From positions 76,744 to 140,743 of IMG/VR virus record IMGVR_UViG_2908369612_000002: 64,000 nt of DNA; one strand, 5' to 3'. The notes under the pieces were generated by a model, which saw nothing but the letters and a program-made list of their open reading frames with translations, did no database searches and had not been told where the DNA came from. A program made the position numbers and the translations under genes. Source of the DNA: a virus. Its lineage: Duplodnaviria; Caudoviricetes. Below are positions 29,801 through 42,143 of the stretch, in pieces. Each line of letters begins with the position of its first letter. Position 1 is the first letter of the stretch.

Positions 29801-32800
29801 TCGAGTATTTGAAAATCCATTTGCTAATAACGATGACTACACTAAAGAAGGCTATAAATACGAACGTGAAGCGTTACGAACAAAACAATCCATAGTTAGT
29901 GCAAATGCAGAAATTCAGGCTTCTGTTCTTGATGTAATAAATGCTTTTAATGATATTGACATTAACCCAAGTATCAAGAAATCCATTACTGATGTTCTAA
30001 ATGCAATGGATTTCAGCAAGCTGAATCCAGAACAGCTAAAAAGTTTTTCTACTCAAGTAGCTACTATAATGAATTCAATGCAAAAAGCGTTAAATGATGG
30101 GAAAAGTTCAACTTTTGACGAACAAACTCAATCACTTAAGAGCTTAATAACGGAGTTTTCAGATGGTAAAGTTAAAGTTGATGATTTATCTTTTTCTTAC
30201 AGTGATCTCAAAGATGCTGTTGATAGTGCTAAAAATTCTGGTGATCAGGCTAAAGTTGCGTGGGATGAAAACGGCGAAGGCGTTGATGCCTTAGGTGATT
30301 CAGTTGGTATGCTCTCCGATAAGCTTAAAGAGGCAAAAGGTGATTTAGAAGCAACCTTAAATATAATTGACGATCTAATCAATTCTAAGCAAAGTGATTA
30401 TGCTGCATCAACCCTTCAAGAAGAGGGCTATGATGAAGTAGCAAATAAAGTTTCTATTTATAATGAACTACTTGAAAAAGTGGCTGAAGGTAAAAATTTA
30501 TCAGCTGCCGAAGCAATGAAGCTTATACAAAAAGAAAAAAGTTTATCAAAAGCAATTTCAGTTCAAAATGGCATTGTTAACATAAACCGTCAGGCTGTAA
30601 TAAAAAGTAGAGATGAATTTATTGCATCCTACAATGACAAAATAAAAGCTGTCAAGAAATTAATTCTAGCTCAAGCAAATGAATACACAGTTACAATGCC
30701 AAAAGATGGATCAGTCGATCCGATAAAGGTTAAATCATTAAAGGAAGCCAAAAAACAACTTGCTGAATTTAAAAAAGAATACGAGAACGCCTTAAAAAAT
30801 ATCAATAATGGCGGTATTCAAAATATCAGTGGCGCTAAACAAAACTACGAAAATTACAAAAAGTTCGTAGAAAGCCTAGAGAGCATGGATAAGGTGTCTG
30901 AAATCACTTCAACTTCTTTAAACGAAGTTGGGACATCTCTTGAAAATTACTCAGACGAGCAAGAAAAAGCATCTGAAGAAACAAAAACTTCAATGTATGT
31001 CGTAGATAAATATAAAGAATCATTAGAAAAAGTTAACGCTGAAATAGATAAATACAACAAACAGGTTAATGATTACCCTAAGTATTCTCAGAAATACAGA
31101 GATGCAATTAAGAAGGAAATTAAAGCTCTTCAACAAAAGAAAAAGCTTATGCAAGAACAAGCTAAACTTTTAAAAGAGCAGATTAAATCCGGCAATGTCA
31201 CCCAATATGGCATTGTCACCTCCTCTTCCCCATCTTCTGGCTCATCGGGTGGCTCATACTCATCCTCCGGTGGTTCTTATTCAGGAAAGTATTCCAGCTA
31301 CATTAATTCAGCCTCAAGTAAATACGGTGTTGACCCTTCCCTTATTGCAGCCATAATTAAACAAGAATCAGGATTCAATGCTAAAGCTCGTTCTGGTGCT
31401 GGGGCAATGGGACTCATGCAGCTGATGCCTTCCACCGCTAAAAGCTTGGGAGTTTCTAATGCGTACGATCCTTACCAAAACATTATGGGCGGTACAAAAT
31501 ACATTGCGCAGCAATTAGAAAAATTCGGCGGCAATGTTGAGAAAGCTTTAGCTGCTTATAACGCTGGACCTGGTAATGTAGTTAAATATGGAGGAATTCC
31601 TCCTTTCAAAGAAACACAAAACTACGTTAAAAAGATCATGGCCAACTACACTAAGTCCATGACCTCTGCTAATTCTTCAATTGCGAGTTATTATACTAGC
31701 AATAGTGCATTTAGAGTTAGTTCCAAATACGGTGCTCAAGATGGTGCTTACCGTTCTACTCCACATAAAGGAACAGACTATGCAGCAAAAGCTGGAACAG
31801 CAATTAAATCACTTCAGAATGGTAAGGTTCAGATTGCTGGCTACAGTAAAACTGCAGGTAACTGGGTTGTTATCCAACAAGATGACGGAACAGTTGCTAA
31901 GTATATGCATATGCAAAGCACTCCATCCGTTAAGAGTGGCCAAACAGTTCAAGCCGGGCAAACAATTGGCAAAGTTGGTAGCACTGGTAATTCCACAGGT
32001 AACCACCTTCACCTTCAAATTGAACAGAACGGCAAAACCATTGACCCTGAAAAGTACTTACAAGGATTAGGAACCTCTGTTTCTGATGCCTCTTCTGCCG
32101 AAGCTGAAAGACAGCAAGCGATTGCTCAAGCTAAATCAGACCTCATCTCTCTTCAAGGGGACCTCAGTTCAGTTGATGATCAGATTCAAGAACTTCGATA
32201 CGAACTCGTTCAATCTAAACTTGATGAATTTGATAAGCGTATTGGTGATTATGACGTTAAAATTGCAAAAAGCCAGGCATTGGCTAGCCATTATTTATCT
32301 GACAGTAAACAATTTAGAAAATACACCAATGAACAGAAAAAGGCTTTATCTGAGCAACAAAAGATTCAGAGTCAAAAGGTTTCTTGGATCGAAAAAGAAA
32401 TTAAGGCAAATAAAAATCTTAACTCTGCTCAGAAAGCCCAGCTTAAAGAAGAACTAAAACAAGCTAAGATTGATTTGATTAATTTCCAAGAAGAAGTTAG
32501 AGAGCTTCAAGGTCAGTTAATCCAGTCAGAAGTTGATGAAACACTTAACAATATTGAAAAGTCCTCTAAGAAAACAGAATCAAAACTTAAAGACGTTGAT
32601 AATAAGATTTCAATGACCGAAGAGGACGAAGATAAGGTTAAGCACTATAGTAAACAGATTAAGCTTATCCAACAACAACAATCTGAGGCTAAAAAATACA
32701 TCAAGCAACTAGAAGCACAGAAAAAAGCAGCTAAAGGTTTTCCAGAGATACAAAAGCAAATCACAGAGGAGATTGAAAACTGGAAGGATAAACAGAAGGA

Positions 32801-33908
32801 TTTCAATCTTGAGCTTTATAACACCAAAAAGTCGATCAAAGATATTTATAAATCATTAGCTGATGAAGTTGTTTCTATCTACAAGGAAATGTATGAAAAG
32901 ATGCGTGACCTTGAGTTAGAAGCTCACCAGAAAGCTACACAGGATTTAATTGATGAGATTGATAAAACCGATGATGAAGCTAAGTTTCAGAAGGAATTAA
33001 AAGAGAAACAAGATGGAATTCAGGAAATACAAGATAAACTAAACAAGCTTGCGCTCGATGATTCCGAAAAAGGCAAGTCTGATTATAATGACCTGAAAAA
33101 GGAATTAGAAAAACAACAGATTGATTTAGATGAGTTTCTTAAAGATCGTGAGAACAGCAAACGAAAAGAAGCGCTACAGGATCAGCTTGAAAAAGATCAA
33201 GATGCCATAAATGACAAATATGATAACCTGACAAACGATGAGAGAGAATTCAAGAAAATTGAAGACAAACTCATGAACGGGAAAATCACTGACATATCAA
33301 AGCAACTTAATGAATTCTCTAAGTTCATTAATAGCAATATGGAGTCTATCGGAAAGAGTATTTCCAATAACCTTATTGATAAGCTTAAAGAAGCTTCTAA
33401 TGCCCTAAATACTGTGACCAAAGGTAATACTACTGGTAAAAAAGTATCCTCATTTGCTTCTGGCGGATACACAGGAACCGGATTAGGTGCAGGCAAACTC
33501 GCCTTCCTTCATGATAAAGAGCTAATCTTAAACAAGACGGACACTGCGAATATGCTTGAGGCTGTTAAAACGGTTAGAGAAACTGCCGCTGAAAGCGAAA
33601 GTTTCACTCCTAAATGGGGTCAAGGTGGAAAATTATCAGCTTTGATTAGCAAAGGGATTACCTCTATCCCTTCAATTGTTCCGAATATTAATCAGGCGAG
33701 TTTATCAAACAGTCTAATACCAAGTATTCAAAACATTGGTAAACCGAATGCTCCGACACTTAATAATACTAAGGAAATAACCAAAAACATATCCCCTGTA
33801 TTTAATAATAACGTAACATTAAATGGCATAAATGACCCTAAGCAGATTACTAATCAGGTAATGAAAGAACTAAACGAAAAACAAAAACAATACGGCATGG
33901 AATTTTAA
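26813..33908 (+). CDS. cwlP: Tape measure protein with lytic transglycosylase and M23 peptidase domains (YomI/CwlP); join 26813-28371 (frameshift at 27486-27489) with 28596-33908
   Basis: TMP core; SLT motifs [19 protein letters not shown]; M23 motifs HKGTD, HLH; reconstructed length about 2290 aa. Confidence 0.9.
28372..28595 (+). mobile_element. ORF-less group I intron (224 nt) in the tape measure gene
   Basis: P1 GUCGGU|AA..UUGCUGAC with U-G wobble; core CCTGAACGACTGAG and GCGACAGTCTG; terminal G; splicing restores [15 protein letters not shown]. Confidence 0.88.
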
Positions 33909-33914
33909 TCAATG

Positions 33915-33939
33915 GAGTCGGTCTTAAGATCGGCTCTTT
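33915..33939 (+). terminator. Hairpin/terminator after the tape measure gene
   Basis: GAGTCGGTC-TTAA-GATCGGCTC then TTT. Confidence 0.6.
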
Positions 33940-33961
33940 ACTTATTTTGTGGAGGTGTCAA

Positions 33962-34717
33962 ATGTTTCGCGAAAAAATGCACTTTATATTTAACGGCCAA
34001 CGTTCAACTGACTTTGGAATAATTAACTGTGCAGTTGATGACGGCTTATTTAGAGAAGAATTTTTAAGCAACCGCTCAATAAATGAATTGTCAGTAGCAG
34101 GTGCAGATACGCCTTATTTTGAAGGAGTGAAACGGGAGCCAAGACAGTTAAAACTTCGCTTTTGGATGAGTGAATCATGGGATGAAAAGAAAATTAATGA
34201 AATTGCAGAATGGTTAGATGTTAATTATTATCAACCCCTTTCCTTTATGCCTGAAGACTATGTTTATTATTGCATACCTGTAGATGTAACTGAGATAGTT
34301 CACAACGGCTTAAAAGATGGATATTTAGAGTTAAGTATGAGATGTGATTCTCCTTATAAGTACAGCCCTATCACTACTGTTCACCAAAAAGTTGAGGACT
34401 ACAAAACTATTGAGATAAAAAATACTGGAAGGATCAAAATAACCCCTGAAATCACCATTGTTAAAAAAGGTGATGGAGATATTAGCTTATCTAATCTTTC
34501 CAACTTTAATGGTAAACCATTTACCTTAACTAATCTTGAAGATGGCGAGACAATTATAATTGATGGCGAGTACGAGACAATTCAGTCTGACAGATACGGC
34601 AATTTAAGGTATGAAAACTGTAACGAAGAGTATTTGTGGCTTAGATATGGAGTAAACAGAATCAAAATTGAAGGCAGCTGTCAGATCAACTTCACCTATC
34701 AGTGTACACATAATTAA
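33962..34717 (+). CDS. yomH: Distal tail protein (Dit)
   Basis: FIFNG...SxDFG and CDSPYKYS Dit motifs; follows the TMP. Confidence 0.8.
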   Translation: MFREKMHFIFNGQRSTDFGIINCAVDDGLFREEFLSNRSINELSVAGADTPYFEGVKREPRQLKLRFWMSESWDEKKINEIAEWLDVNYYQPLSFMPEDYVYYCIPVDVTEIVHNGLKDGYLELSMRCDSPYKYSPITTVHQKVEDYKTIEIKNTGRIKITPEITIVKKGDGDISLSNLSNFNGKPFTLTNLEDGETIIIDGEYETIQSDRYGNLRYENCNEEYLWLRYGVNRIKIEGSCQINFTYQCTHN

Positions 34718-34728
34718 TCGGAGGGCTT

Positions 34729-37389
34729 ATGAGAAAAAGAATTAACAGAAATATTAAGGTAGACAAATTAAAGCTATCTTTAACCACAACAAACAAGAAA
34801 AAAATAGCCAACGTCCTCCCCTTCTTTTCCGCCTCGACTACAGAAAATTTCGGAAGCGGCTATAATGAGCTTACATTTGAAATTCCGATAACGATAACTC
34901 AACGCCACGTAAAGAAACGCAATCATGTTGCAGATATCCTTAAAGTGGGCTTCTTAATCAAGACCTTTTACAGAAACGAAGAACACTGGTATGTCATCAC
35001 GAATGTGGATAGAAATCAAGCAAGTGAATCTAATCGAATAGGAGTAAGTTGTAAAAGTCTTCATTATCTCCTTTACAGAAAGAAAATTGAAGCATATGAA
35101 AACATATCTCGAAATCTAACAGAAGCTGCTGCAGATTGTTTAAAATCAACTGGGTGGAGTATCGGGTATGTTCATGAGGACTTCAATATAAAGCGACGCT
35201 CCTTTGAAGAAACCGGTACGAATCGACTTGATTTATTGTATAAGATTGCTGAAACATTTGATGCAACGCTAAAATTCGATACTGCTAATGAAATTGTACA
35301 CTTCTATAAAAAAGAAGAGTTGTCTAAATATAAACATGTGAAATTTAAGCCAGGTCAATTCCTGATTGATGTGTCAGATCCTGACGACCTAGACGAAGTA
35401 GTCACAAGATTAAGAGTTGTAGGGAAAGACGGGATTGGAATAAATTCTGTTAACCCAACAGGACAAGCTTATATAGACGATTTTTCCTTTTTCCTGTACC
35501 CGTTTGAACGTGATGAAAATAGAAATATTCTAAAATCAAGTGATCGTATTAGTGATGAATTAGCACACAAGATTCTAGATTATAATGAATTAATCAATAA
35601 GAATTCAGAACGATTTAAAACCTTATTAGAAGAAAAATCAAATTTAGACAAACAAAAAGCAGGATTGGAAGCGCAGAAGGCAACACTTGAAATCGAGCGA
35701 AAGCAGCTACTAGATAAGATTGAAGTTGCAAAGAAAGCTAAAGATCCAATTGATGAGCTCAAAAAACAACTCAACAGTAAGCTTGAGGAAGTAAATGAAA
35801 ACAAGGCAAAGATTAAAAGCATCGAAAGCAAAATCTCTAAAAACTCAACTGCCACAGAAAAGCTTAGATACACATTATCTCAAGAGAATTTCTTTGGAGA
35901 AAAGTTAATTGGTGAACTGTCTAAGATAATTTTTGAAGATACATGGACGAATGACAATATTTTTGACGAGTCTGATTTATATGAAGCCGGCTTAAAAGAA
36001 ATGGAAACCAGGAGTTCTCCACCTATAAACATCACCAATCTTAGTGTATATAATTTCTTTAAATGCATTGACCATCAATATTACTGGGACAAATTTGATC
36101 TAGGGGATATCATACAAGTAGTGAATGAAGAACTTGGGATTAACGCTAAAGCAACAATAACACAGATTGTTATCAATTTTGATGAATCCACTATGTCCTT
36201 ATCAATTACAAATGGTAAGCGTGCAGAAAGTGCATTAGATAAACAAATTAAATCAAGGTATAAGATTCAAAAGGCTGCAACTGAATATAATCAAAGAAAA
36301 TTAGATTATGAAAAAGTCTATTACAATTTCAATCAAAGAAATGATCAAATATCGACTCCTGTTGAGCCCCCTACTCTTTTGAATCAACAAACATTGTCAC
36401 ATACGGTAAATGATAATGGTTCGGTCGATATTACTGTTGAGTGGGGCTATCCTGATGATTACACCATTGATAAAAACAATATAGATGGTTTTAGAATTAT
36501 TATGTATGCTAGTGATTCCTCTGATCAATACATGTTTGGCGCAACCATGGCAAATGAAAACAGTTTGACCGTAGAAAGAGAAAAACGCAAAGCAGTTTTT
36601 ACAGGCTTATCCCCTAACAAATATTATACATTTGGTGTACAAGCGTATAGAAGTGTTGACCCCAACATCGCTGCTGATGGATACATTAAATCAGATATCA
36701 TTGTTTCAAACATTGAGTCTGAAAACCCCTATCTCCCTTCTCCTTCTGTTGAAGTTAAAGGAAGCCTTAGTGGAAAAGTTAACGGTCTCTATACAATATC
36801 AACAGAGTCTAAGCCTGAGTCCCCAGAAGCCGGAACAATATGGATTGATCCTAAAACAAATAAGCAGGAACTTTACGATGGCGAAAAATGGATCGTATCT
36901 TCAGCAGGCACAGCAGAGTCTTTAAATGGTTATTCAGCTTCGACCCTTTCTTCTCCAAATTCAATCCCGGTTCGCAACGAGTCAGGTGTAATTTCTGGTT
37001 CAATTGATGGTAATGCTGAGATGCTAGGCGGTAAAACCGCCGAAGAATATGCATTAGAATCTTCAATTTCGAAGTTTACTAAAGGAACTTATATTGGTGA
37101 TGGTACACCAAGCAAACAATTCCCCCTCCCTTTTACTCCGAGCCTTGTAAAGATATCTCCTATATCTACAAACGATTCGCAACTAATTATTGAAAATTCC
37201 ACAGGTGGTTTTACATACCAAGTCACGAATGTTGGGCTTTCTTTGGTAGGAGGAGATTTAACATACGGATATTTGTCCGATAGCTCATTTATGACGGGAT
37301 CTGATGTCAACTGTAGAGGCAACAAATTAAATGTCAAATATATTTGGGAGGCATACCAGCAAACAAACGGAGGTGAGCAATCTGACTGA
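34729..37389 (+). CDS. yomG: Tail-associated (Tal-like) protein with FN3-like domain
   Basis: Prophage tail endopeptidase-like N-terminus (VTRLRVVGKDG); GLSPNKYYTFGVQAY. Confidence 0.75.
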   Translation: MRKRINRNIKVDKLKLSLTTTNKKKIANVLPFFSASTTENFGSGYNELTFEIPITITQRHVKKRNHVADILKVGFLIKTFYRNEEHWYVITNVDRNQASESNRIGVSCKSLHYLLYRKKIEAYENISRNLTEAAADCLKSTGWSIGYVHEDFNIKRRSFEETGTNRLDLLYKIAETFDATLKFDTANEIVHFYKKEELSKYKHVKFKPGQFLIDVSDPDDLDEVVTRLRVVGKDGIGINSVNPTGQAYIDDFSFFLYPFERDENRNILKSSDRISDELAHKILDYNELINKNSERFKTLLEEKSNLDKQKAGLEAQKATLEIERKQLLDKIEVAKKAKDPIDELKKQLNSKLEEVNENKAKIKSIESKISKNSTATEKLRYTLSQENFFGEKLIGELSKIIFEDTWTNDNIFDESDLYEAGLKEMETRSSPPINITNLSVYNFFKCIDHQYYWDKFDLGDIIQVVNEELGINAKATITQIVINFDESTMSLSITNGKRAESALDKQIKSRYKIQKAATEYNQRKLDYEKVYYNFNQRNDQISTPVEPPTLLNQQTLSHTVNDNGSVDITVEWGYPDDYTIDKNNIDGFRIIMYASDSSDQYMFGATMANENSLTVEREKRKAVFTGLSPNKYYTFGVQAYRSVDPNIAADGYIKSDIIVSNIESENPYLPSPSVEVKGSLSGKVNGLYTISTESKPESPEAGTIWIDPKTNKQELYDGEKWIVSSAGTAESLNGYSASTLSSPNSIPVRNESGVISGSIDGNAEMLGGKTAEEYALESSISKFTKGTYIGDGTPSKQFPLPFTPSLVKISPISTNDSQLIIENSTGGFTYQVTNVGLSLVGGDLTYGYLSDSSFMTGSDVNCRGNKLNVKYIWEAYQQTNGGEQSD

Positions 37390-38203
37390 TTTTCCTAAAC
37401 TTTATAATGACCCTACTCTTTCCCAGAAAAGAAAGGGTTCAATTGATGATCCCTATTTAACTTACAATGAGACACTGACAGTGTACAATGGGCGTGTTTT
37501 ATTAACTGAAGTTCCTAATCGAGAGTATCGGATTGAAATAAACGGTGATAACAAAGAGTGGCGAGAAATCGAAGACGGTGAATTACAGGACAATTACTTT
37601 AAGGTTGACTACCTTATGGGAGTTGTCTTTTTTAATGCCACAAATGAGGGCAAATCGCTAACTCTTACATATCAAGGTGAAGGTGCTTCCTTCTTCCCTG
37701 CTTCTCGTATATGGATTAAACGACAAGGAAATATGGTCATCGAGACACTTCAAGGCATAGTTGACGAAGCTGAGGATGCCATTATAAGAATGAACGAACG
37801 GATAGCTGAATGTGAACGTGTTACTAAACGTTGTGCAGAAATAACACAATGGTGTCGTGAAGCTACTTCTGATTATGAATACATGGTTGAAAACACAAGA
37901 AAAATTTATAAACCATCAGTTTATACATACGCAGATATCATATCGACCTACCCTAATCCCCTTATTGGGTGGACTGTTGCAGTAAAAGAAACAAAAACTG
38001 TATATAGATGGGATGGTTTTGATTGGATTGATATTGGGACATCTGAAGTATATGAAGGATTCGATATATTATTAAGCGCTGTTGAACCATTTAGTACTAA
38101 TTATGTGTGGTATCAAGATGAAAATCTCGCACCCGAAAAACAAAAAGTTGTGATATCCAATACTACACCAGAATCAGGTGGAGTTTGGTATGAAATTGAT
38201 TAA
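37382..38203 (+). CDS. yomF: Tail protein (start uncertain, CTG follows the best RBS)
   Basis: Synteny; RBS GGAGGTG at 37369. Confidence 0.65.
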   Translation: MTDFPKLYNDPTLSQKRKGSIDDPYLTYNETLTVYNGRVLLTEVPNREYRIEINGDNKEWREIEDGELQDNYFKVDYLMGVVFFNATNEGKSLTLTYQGEGASFFPASRIWIKRQGNMVIETLQGIVDEAEDAIIRMNERIAECERVTKRCAEITQWCREATSDYEYMVENTRKIYKPSVYTYADIISTYPNPLIGWTVAVKETKTVYRWDGFDWIDIGTSEVYEGFDILLSAVEPFSTNYVWYQDENLAPEKQKVVISNTTPESGGVWYEID

Positions 38204-38249
38204 AAAAAGAGACTTCGATCGGGTCTCTTTTTTATTTGGAGGTTAATAG

Positions 38250-40829
38250 ATGGGATTTAAATATTACGACAAGAATACTGGTCAATATGTACCCATGTCG
38301 ATTGAATTACTAAAGTCTGACGGAGTTAAATATACAGCTCCAGATATAAAGAAAGCATTTGATGATGCTTCTAAAGAAATTTCAACAGCATTGAGCACTG
38401 TTGATACAAAACTTCAGAGTGTAGATCAAAGCATAGAAAATGTTACAAATTTAATCGGTGACATCACAAAAATCCCCGCTTCCGGTGCTAATTTAGTTGA
38501 AAAGACATTGAATGAATTCATTAGAAGAAGCGTTAATGTTAAAGACTTTGGTGCAAAAGGTGACGGAGTTACAGATGACACTCAAGCTTTTAATGCCGCA
38601 TTTGCAAGTGGTAAACGAGAAGTTTTCGTACCACCTGGAACATATATGGTGCAAGGATTAAAAATACCATCTTACACAAAGATTTATGGGGTGGGATTCC
38701 AGTCTATAATCAAGCTTCATTCTACAGCAGCGGGAACAGCTTGTGTTATCACTAATAGCGACTACTCTAGTGGAAACGAATATATTTCAATTGAAGACAT
38801 AGATCTTGATTGGAACAGATCAAAGGCAGACAATAAAATTTCAAATGGAACTAATGCTAACTGTATTGGTATCGTGAATTCTAAATTCGTTCGCATTAAG
38901 AACGTTAACGCTCGCAATGCAGGTGTTCATGGCTTCGATGTCAGCTCCCCTATTTGGAACTCTTCATCAGACGGTGCAGATTACTATCAGCCAAAAGGAA
39001 GTAAATATGTTTGGATTGAAAACTGCACTGCAACCAACTATGGAGATGACGGTTTTACAACCCATTACTCTGAATATATTTTCATTACAAATTGCTATGC
39101 TTATGAAGGAAATGGTTCAGCTCACCCCAATGGTTCTCAGAACTCCAATGGATTTGAAATTGATGATGGTTCTAAAAATGTATGGCTTGTTAACTGCTAC
39201 AGTTACAAAAACTGTAGAGGATTTGAGGTTAAAGCACATAATCGAGCACCTGCAGCAAGAAACGTTAATTTAATCAACTGCTACTCTGAAAATGATATTA
39301 GAGCATTTGATTTTAGACATATCGGTTTCCACCTTGCTTCTGAACCGATCTCAAAAAGTGCTTACAATATCAACGCAGTGAATTGCACTGCAAAACATCC
39401 AATCTTCAGTAACCTCTATACTGGTTTAAATCCCCGTGCGCTTGTAGTATCTGCCTATAGAAATGTAAACATCTCAAACTTCACGGCCATTGGCGATCCT
39501 TCCTACGATTATAAAAATAATGCTGTTATTGCATTGCAATATAAGAGCAGAAATATCAACTTAAACAATATATCCGTTTCTGGATTTAGCACAGCTGGAA
39601 ACGATATTTATGTTATCGGTGGATCTCAAAAGTCCGACAATGTAAATATCTCAAATGTCACAATCAATGAATCTGCTTTAGTTGGTATTGCTGTAGGAAG
39701 TAAAGTTGGATCTGTGAACATCAACAATGCAAATCTAATCGGAACAAGTAAGACTGGCTCTATCGGTATATATTGCACAAACTCACAAGTTAATATCAAT
39801 TCTGTTATGAGTGAAAAATACTCCACTCCCAGTAAGATTGCCGGAAAAACCTACTCGTTTATCCCGAATAATTTCAAAGGTGGAACGAGGATTGCTACAA
39901 CTTCTGGCTATGCTAAAACAAAAACTAGTGTTGTAATGGCATCATCAGGTGGCGGACAAGCAACTGGTGATGCTTCTGCTGTCATTGCTACAACTGGTGG
40001 TTCCAAAGCAGAAGGCCCACGTAATGCTGTTATTGCATCTTCCGGTGGGTCAAAGACAACCTCTGAAGGAAGTCGCTCTTTAATTGGAGCATCAAATAAC
40101 TCAAGAATAGAAGGAACTGGTTCATCACGAGCTGTACTTGCTTCCCAAGGTGTGGTAAATAAAACAGGTTACACTGTAGCACTGGGATACGGAACTAGTT
40201 CTACTCCTTCCACGGCAAATACTAAAATCCAACTCCATGCAAAAGACGGGAATATCACTCTAACTGGACAAGTTAAAGGCGCTTCCACTTTCGCTGACTA
40301 TGCAGAGTACTTCGAATCTGCTGACGGTAGAGCTATTGCAACTGGATATATGGTTACTTTAGAAGGAGACAAAATCAGAAAAGCTAATTTAGGTGAAAAA
40401 GTTTTAGGTGTTATTTCTGAAACAGCAGGTGTTGTTCTTGGTGAGTCCCTATTCAATTGGCAAGGTAAATATTTAAGAAATGAGTTTGGCGGATTAATAT
40501 ATGAAGATGTTGATGTAACGTTTATTAATTCAGAAGGAGCACAAGTAACTGAAACTAGACGCTTGCCTAAGGAGAATCCTGAATTTAATTCTGATGAGGA
40601 ATACGTGCCAAGATCCGAACGACCAGAATGGAATATCGTAGGTATGTTTGGACAGATTTATGTAAGAGTTGATGAAACAGTTCAAGACGGTGATCGAATT
40701 ATTCCTAAAGCAGGTAAAGGATCAAAATCAACTGACGGTACAGGTTATCCAGTAATGAAGGTAACTACTCCTTATACAAAAGAACGTGGATTCGGTGTCG
40801 CTGTGTGTCTTGTTGCACCAATGATGTAG
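38250..40829 (+). CDS. yomE: Tailspike / pre-neck appendage: pectate-lyase beta-helix plus C-terminal autoproteolytic chaperone
   Basis: VNVKDFGAKGDGVTDDT; ADYAEYFE peptidase G2-type motif. Confidence 0.88.
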   Translation: MGFKYYDKNTGQYVPMSIELLKSDGVKYTAPDIKKAFDDASKEISTALSTVDTKLQSVDQSIENVTNLIGDITKIPASGANLVEKTLNEFIRRSVNVKDFGAKGDGVTDDTQAFNAAFASGKREVFVPPGTYMVQGLKIPSYTKIYGVGFQSIIKLHSTAAGTACVITNSDYSSGNEYISIEDIDLDWNRSKADNKISNGTNANCIGIVNSKFVRIKNVNARNAGVHGFDVSSPIWNSSSDGADYYQPKGSKYVWIENCTATNYGDDGFTTHYSEYIFITNCYAYEGNGSAHPNGSQNSNGFEIDDGSKNVWLVNCYSYKNCRGFEVKAHNRAPAARNVNLINCYSENDIRAFDFRHIGFHLASEPISKSAYNINAVNCTAKHPIFSNLYTGLNPRALVVSAYRNVNISNFTAIGDPSYDYKNNAVIALQYKSRNINLNNISVSGFSTAGNDIYVIGGSQKSDNVNISNVTINESALVGIAVGSKVGSVNINNANLIGTSKTGSIGIYCTNSQVNINSVMSEKYSTPSKIAGKTYSFIPNNFKGGTRIATTSGYAKTKTSVVMASSGGGQATGDASAVIATTGGSKAEGPRNAVIASSGGSKTTSEGSRSLIGASNNSRIEGTGSSRAVLASQGVVNKTGYTVALGYGTSSTPSTANTKIQLHAKDGNITLTGQVKGASTFADYAEYFESADGRAIATGYMVTLEGDKIRKANLGEKVLGVISETAGVVLGESLFNWQGKYLRNEFGGLIYEDVDVTFINSEGAQVTETRRLPKENPEFNSDEEYVPRSERPEWNIVGMFGQIYVRVDETVQDGDRIIPKAGKGSKSTDGTGYPVMKVTTPYTKERGFGVAVCLVAPMM

Positions 40830-41002
40830 ATGTCCTCTATTATTTAAGGAGGTGGTTAATTTCTAGTTAAAATATAGATTTTATTCAAAATACATAGTTG
40901 AAAAACAGAGTAAACAAGAGTATACACGAGATTGAGAGAGATGGATTTAACCCCCTTCTCTCTTTTTTGTGTTCAAATTAAAATTTAGGAGAGATGTTTA
41001 AT

Positions 41003-42018
41003 ATGACACAAATTATTCAAGATATTATCCCTAAAGGAAACAACAATAGGCCTGGATACTCAATGAATCCGACATACATTACAGTTCATAACACAGCCAA
41101 TACAGCAGCCGGGCTAATGCAAAAATGCACGCGCGCTATGAGAAAAATCCTAATACAGCTACAAGTTGGCACTTCACAGTGGATGAGAAAGAAATTTATC
41201 AGCATCTTCCGCTAAATGAAAACGGCTGGCACGCTGGTGACGGTAATGGAACAGGTAACCGGAAATCAATTGGAATTGAAATATGTGAGAATAGCGATGG
41301 AGATTTTGAAAAAACCGTAAGCAATGCTCAGTGGTTAATCAAAAAGCTGATGAAAGAACAAGGAATTTCATTTGCTAATGTTGTTCCTCATCAACATTGG
41401 TCTGGGAAATACTGCCCTCGTAAATTACTTGATCGTTGGGACTCTTTTAAAAAAGGAATTAGCGATGCCTCTTCCTCTACTCCATCAAAGACAACAGCTA
41501 AAGAAACTTCTAAAACATCTGCCGCAAGTGGTTCCCTTAAATCAAAAGTTGATAAACTCCGATTCTACTCAAAACCATCATGGGAAGATAAAGATGTTGT
41601 CGGCACAGTAAATAAAGGGATCGGATTCCCTACTGTTGTTGAGAAAGTTAAAGTTGGATCTGCGTATCAATACAAAGTTAAAAATTCTAAGGGAGCCACT
41701 TATTACATCACTGCTGCAGATGAGTATGTAACTGTTTCAGGCAATGTTAAAACCTCTGCACCTGCAAAGTCCTCTACCAAGTCCAACAGCGATATTAAAT
41801 CTGTAGGGAAAATCAAAATTGTTGGCGTATCAAGCTCTGCTATCGTAATGGACAAACCTGATCGCAATAAAGCGAAGAACCTTGGCACAGTAAAGCTCGG
41901 TGATACGATCAGTATTTCTGGCTCAGTGAAAGGCTCAAACAACGCTAAAGGTTACTGGGAAGTTATCTACAAAGGCAAACGCGGCTACATCTCAGGACAA
42001 TACGGAAAGAAAATCTAA
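41003..42018 (+). CDS. Endolysin, N-acetylmuramoyl-L-alanine amidase (Amidase_2), frameshifted at GGG 41111-41113
   Basis: ITVHNTAN, SWHFTVD, WHAGDG, IGIEICE, HQHWSGKYCP; one extra G restores TAAGANAKMHARY. Confidence 0.85.
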
Positions 42019-42143
42019 CTATATATTTAAATATCTTTGAGTATATTTGTTGATCAACCTATATCAATGAATATCCTTTTTATTTTAGGGAGGTGATGAA
42101 CTAATCGTCACCCTCTTATTTTTAAATTAGAGGCTGGTGTCAA

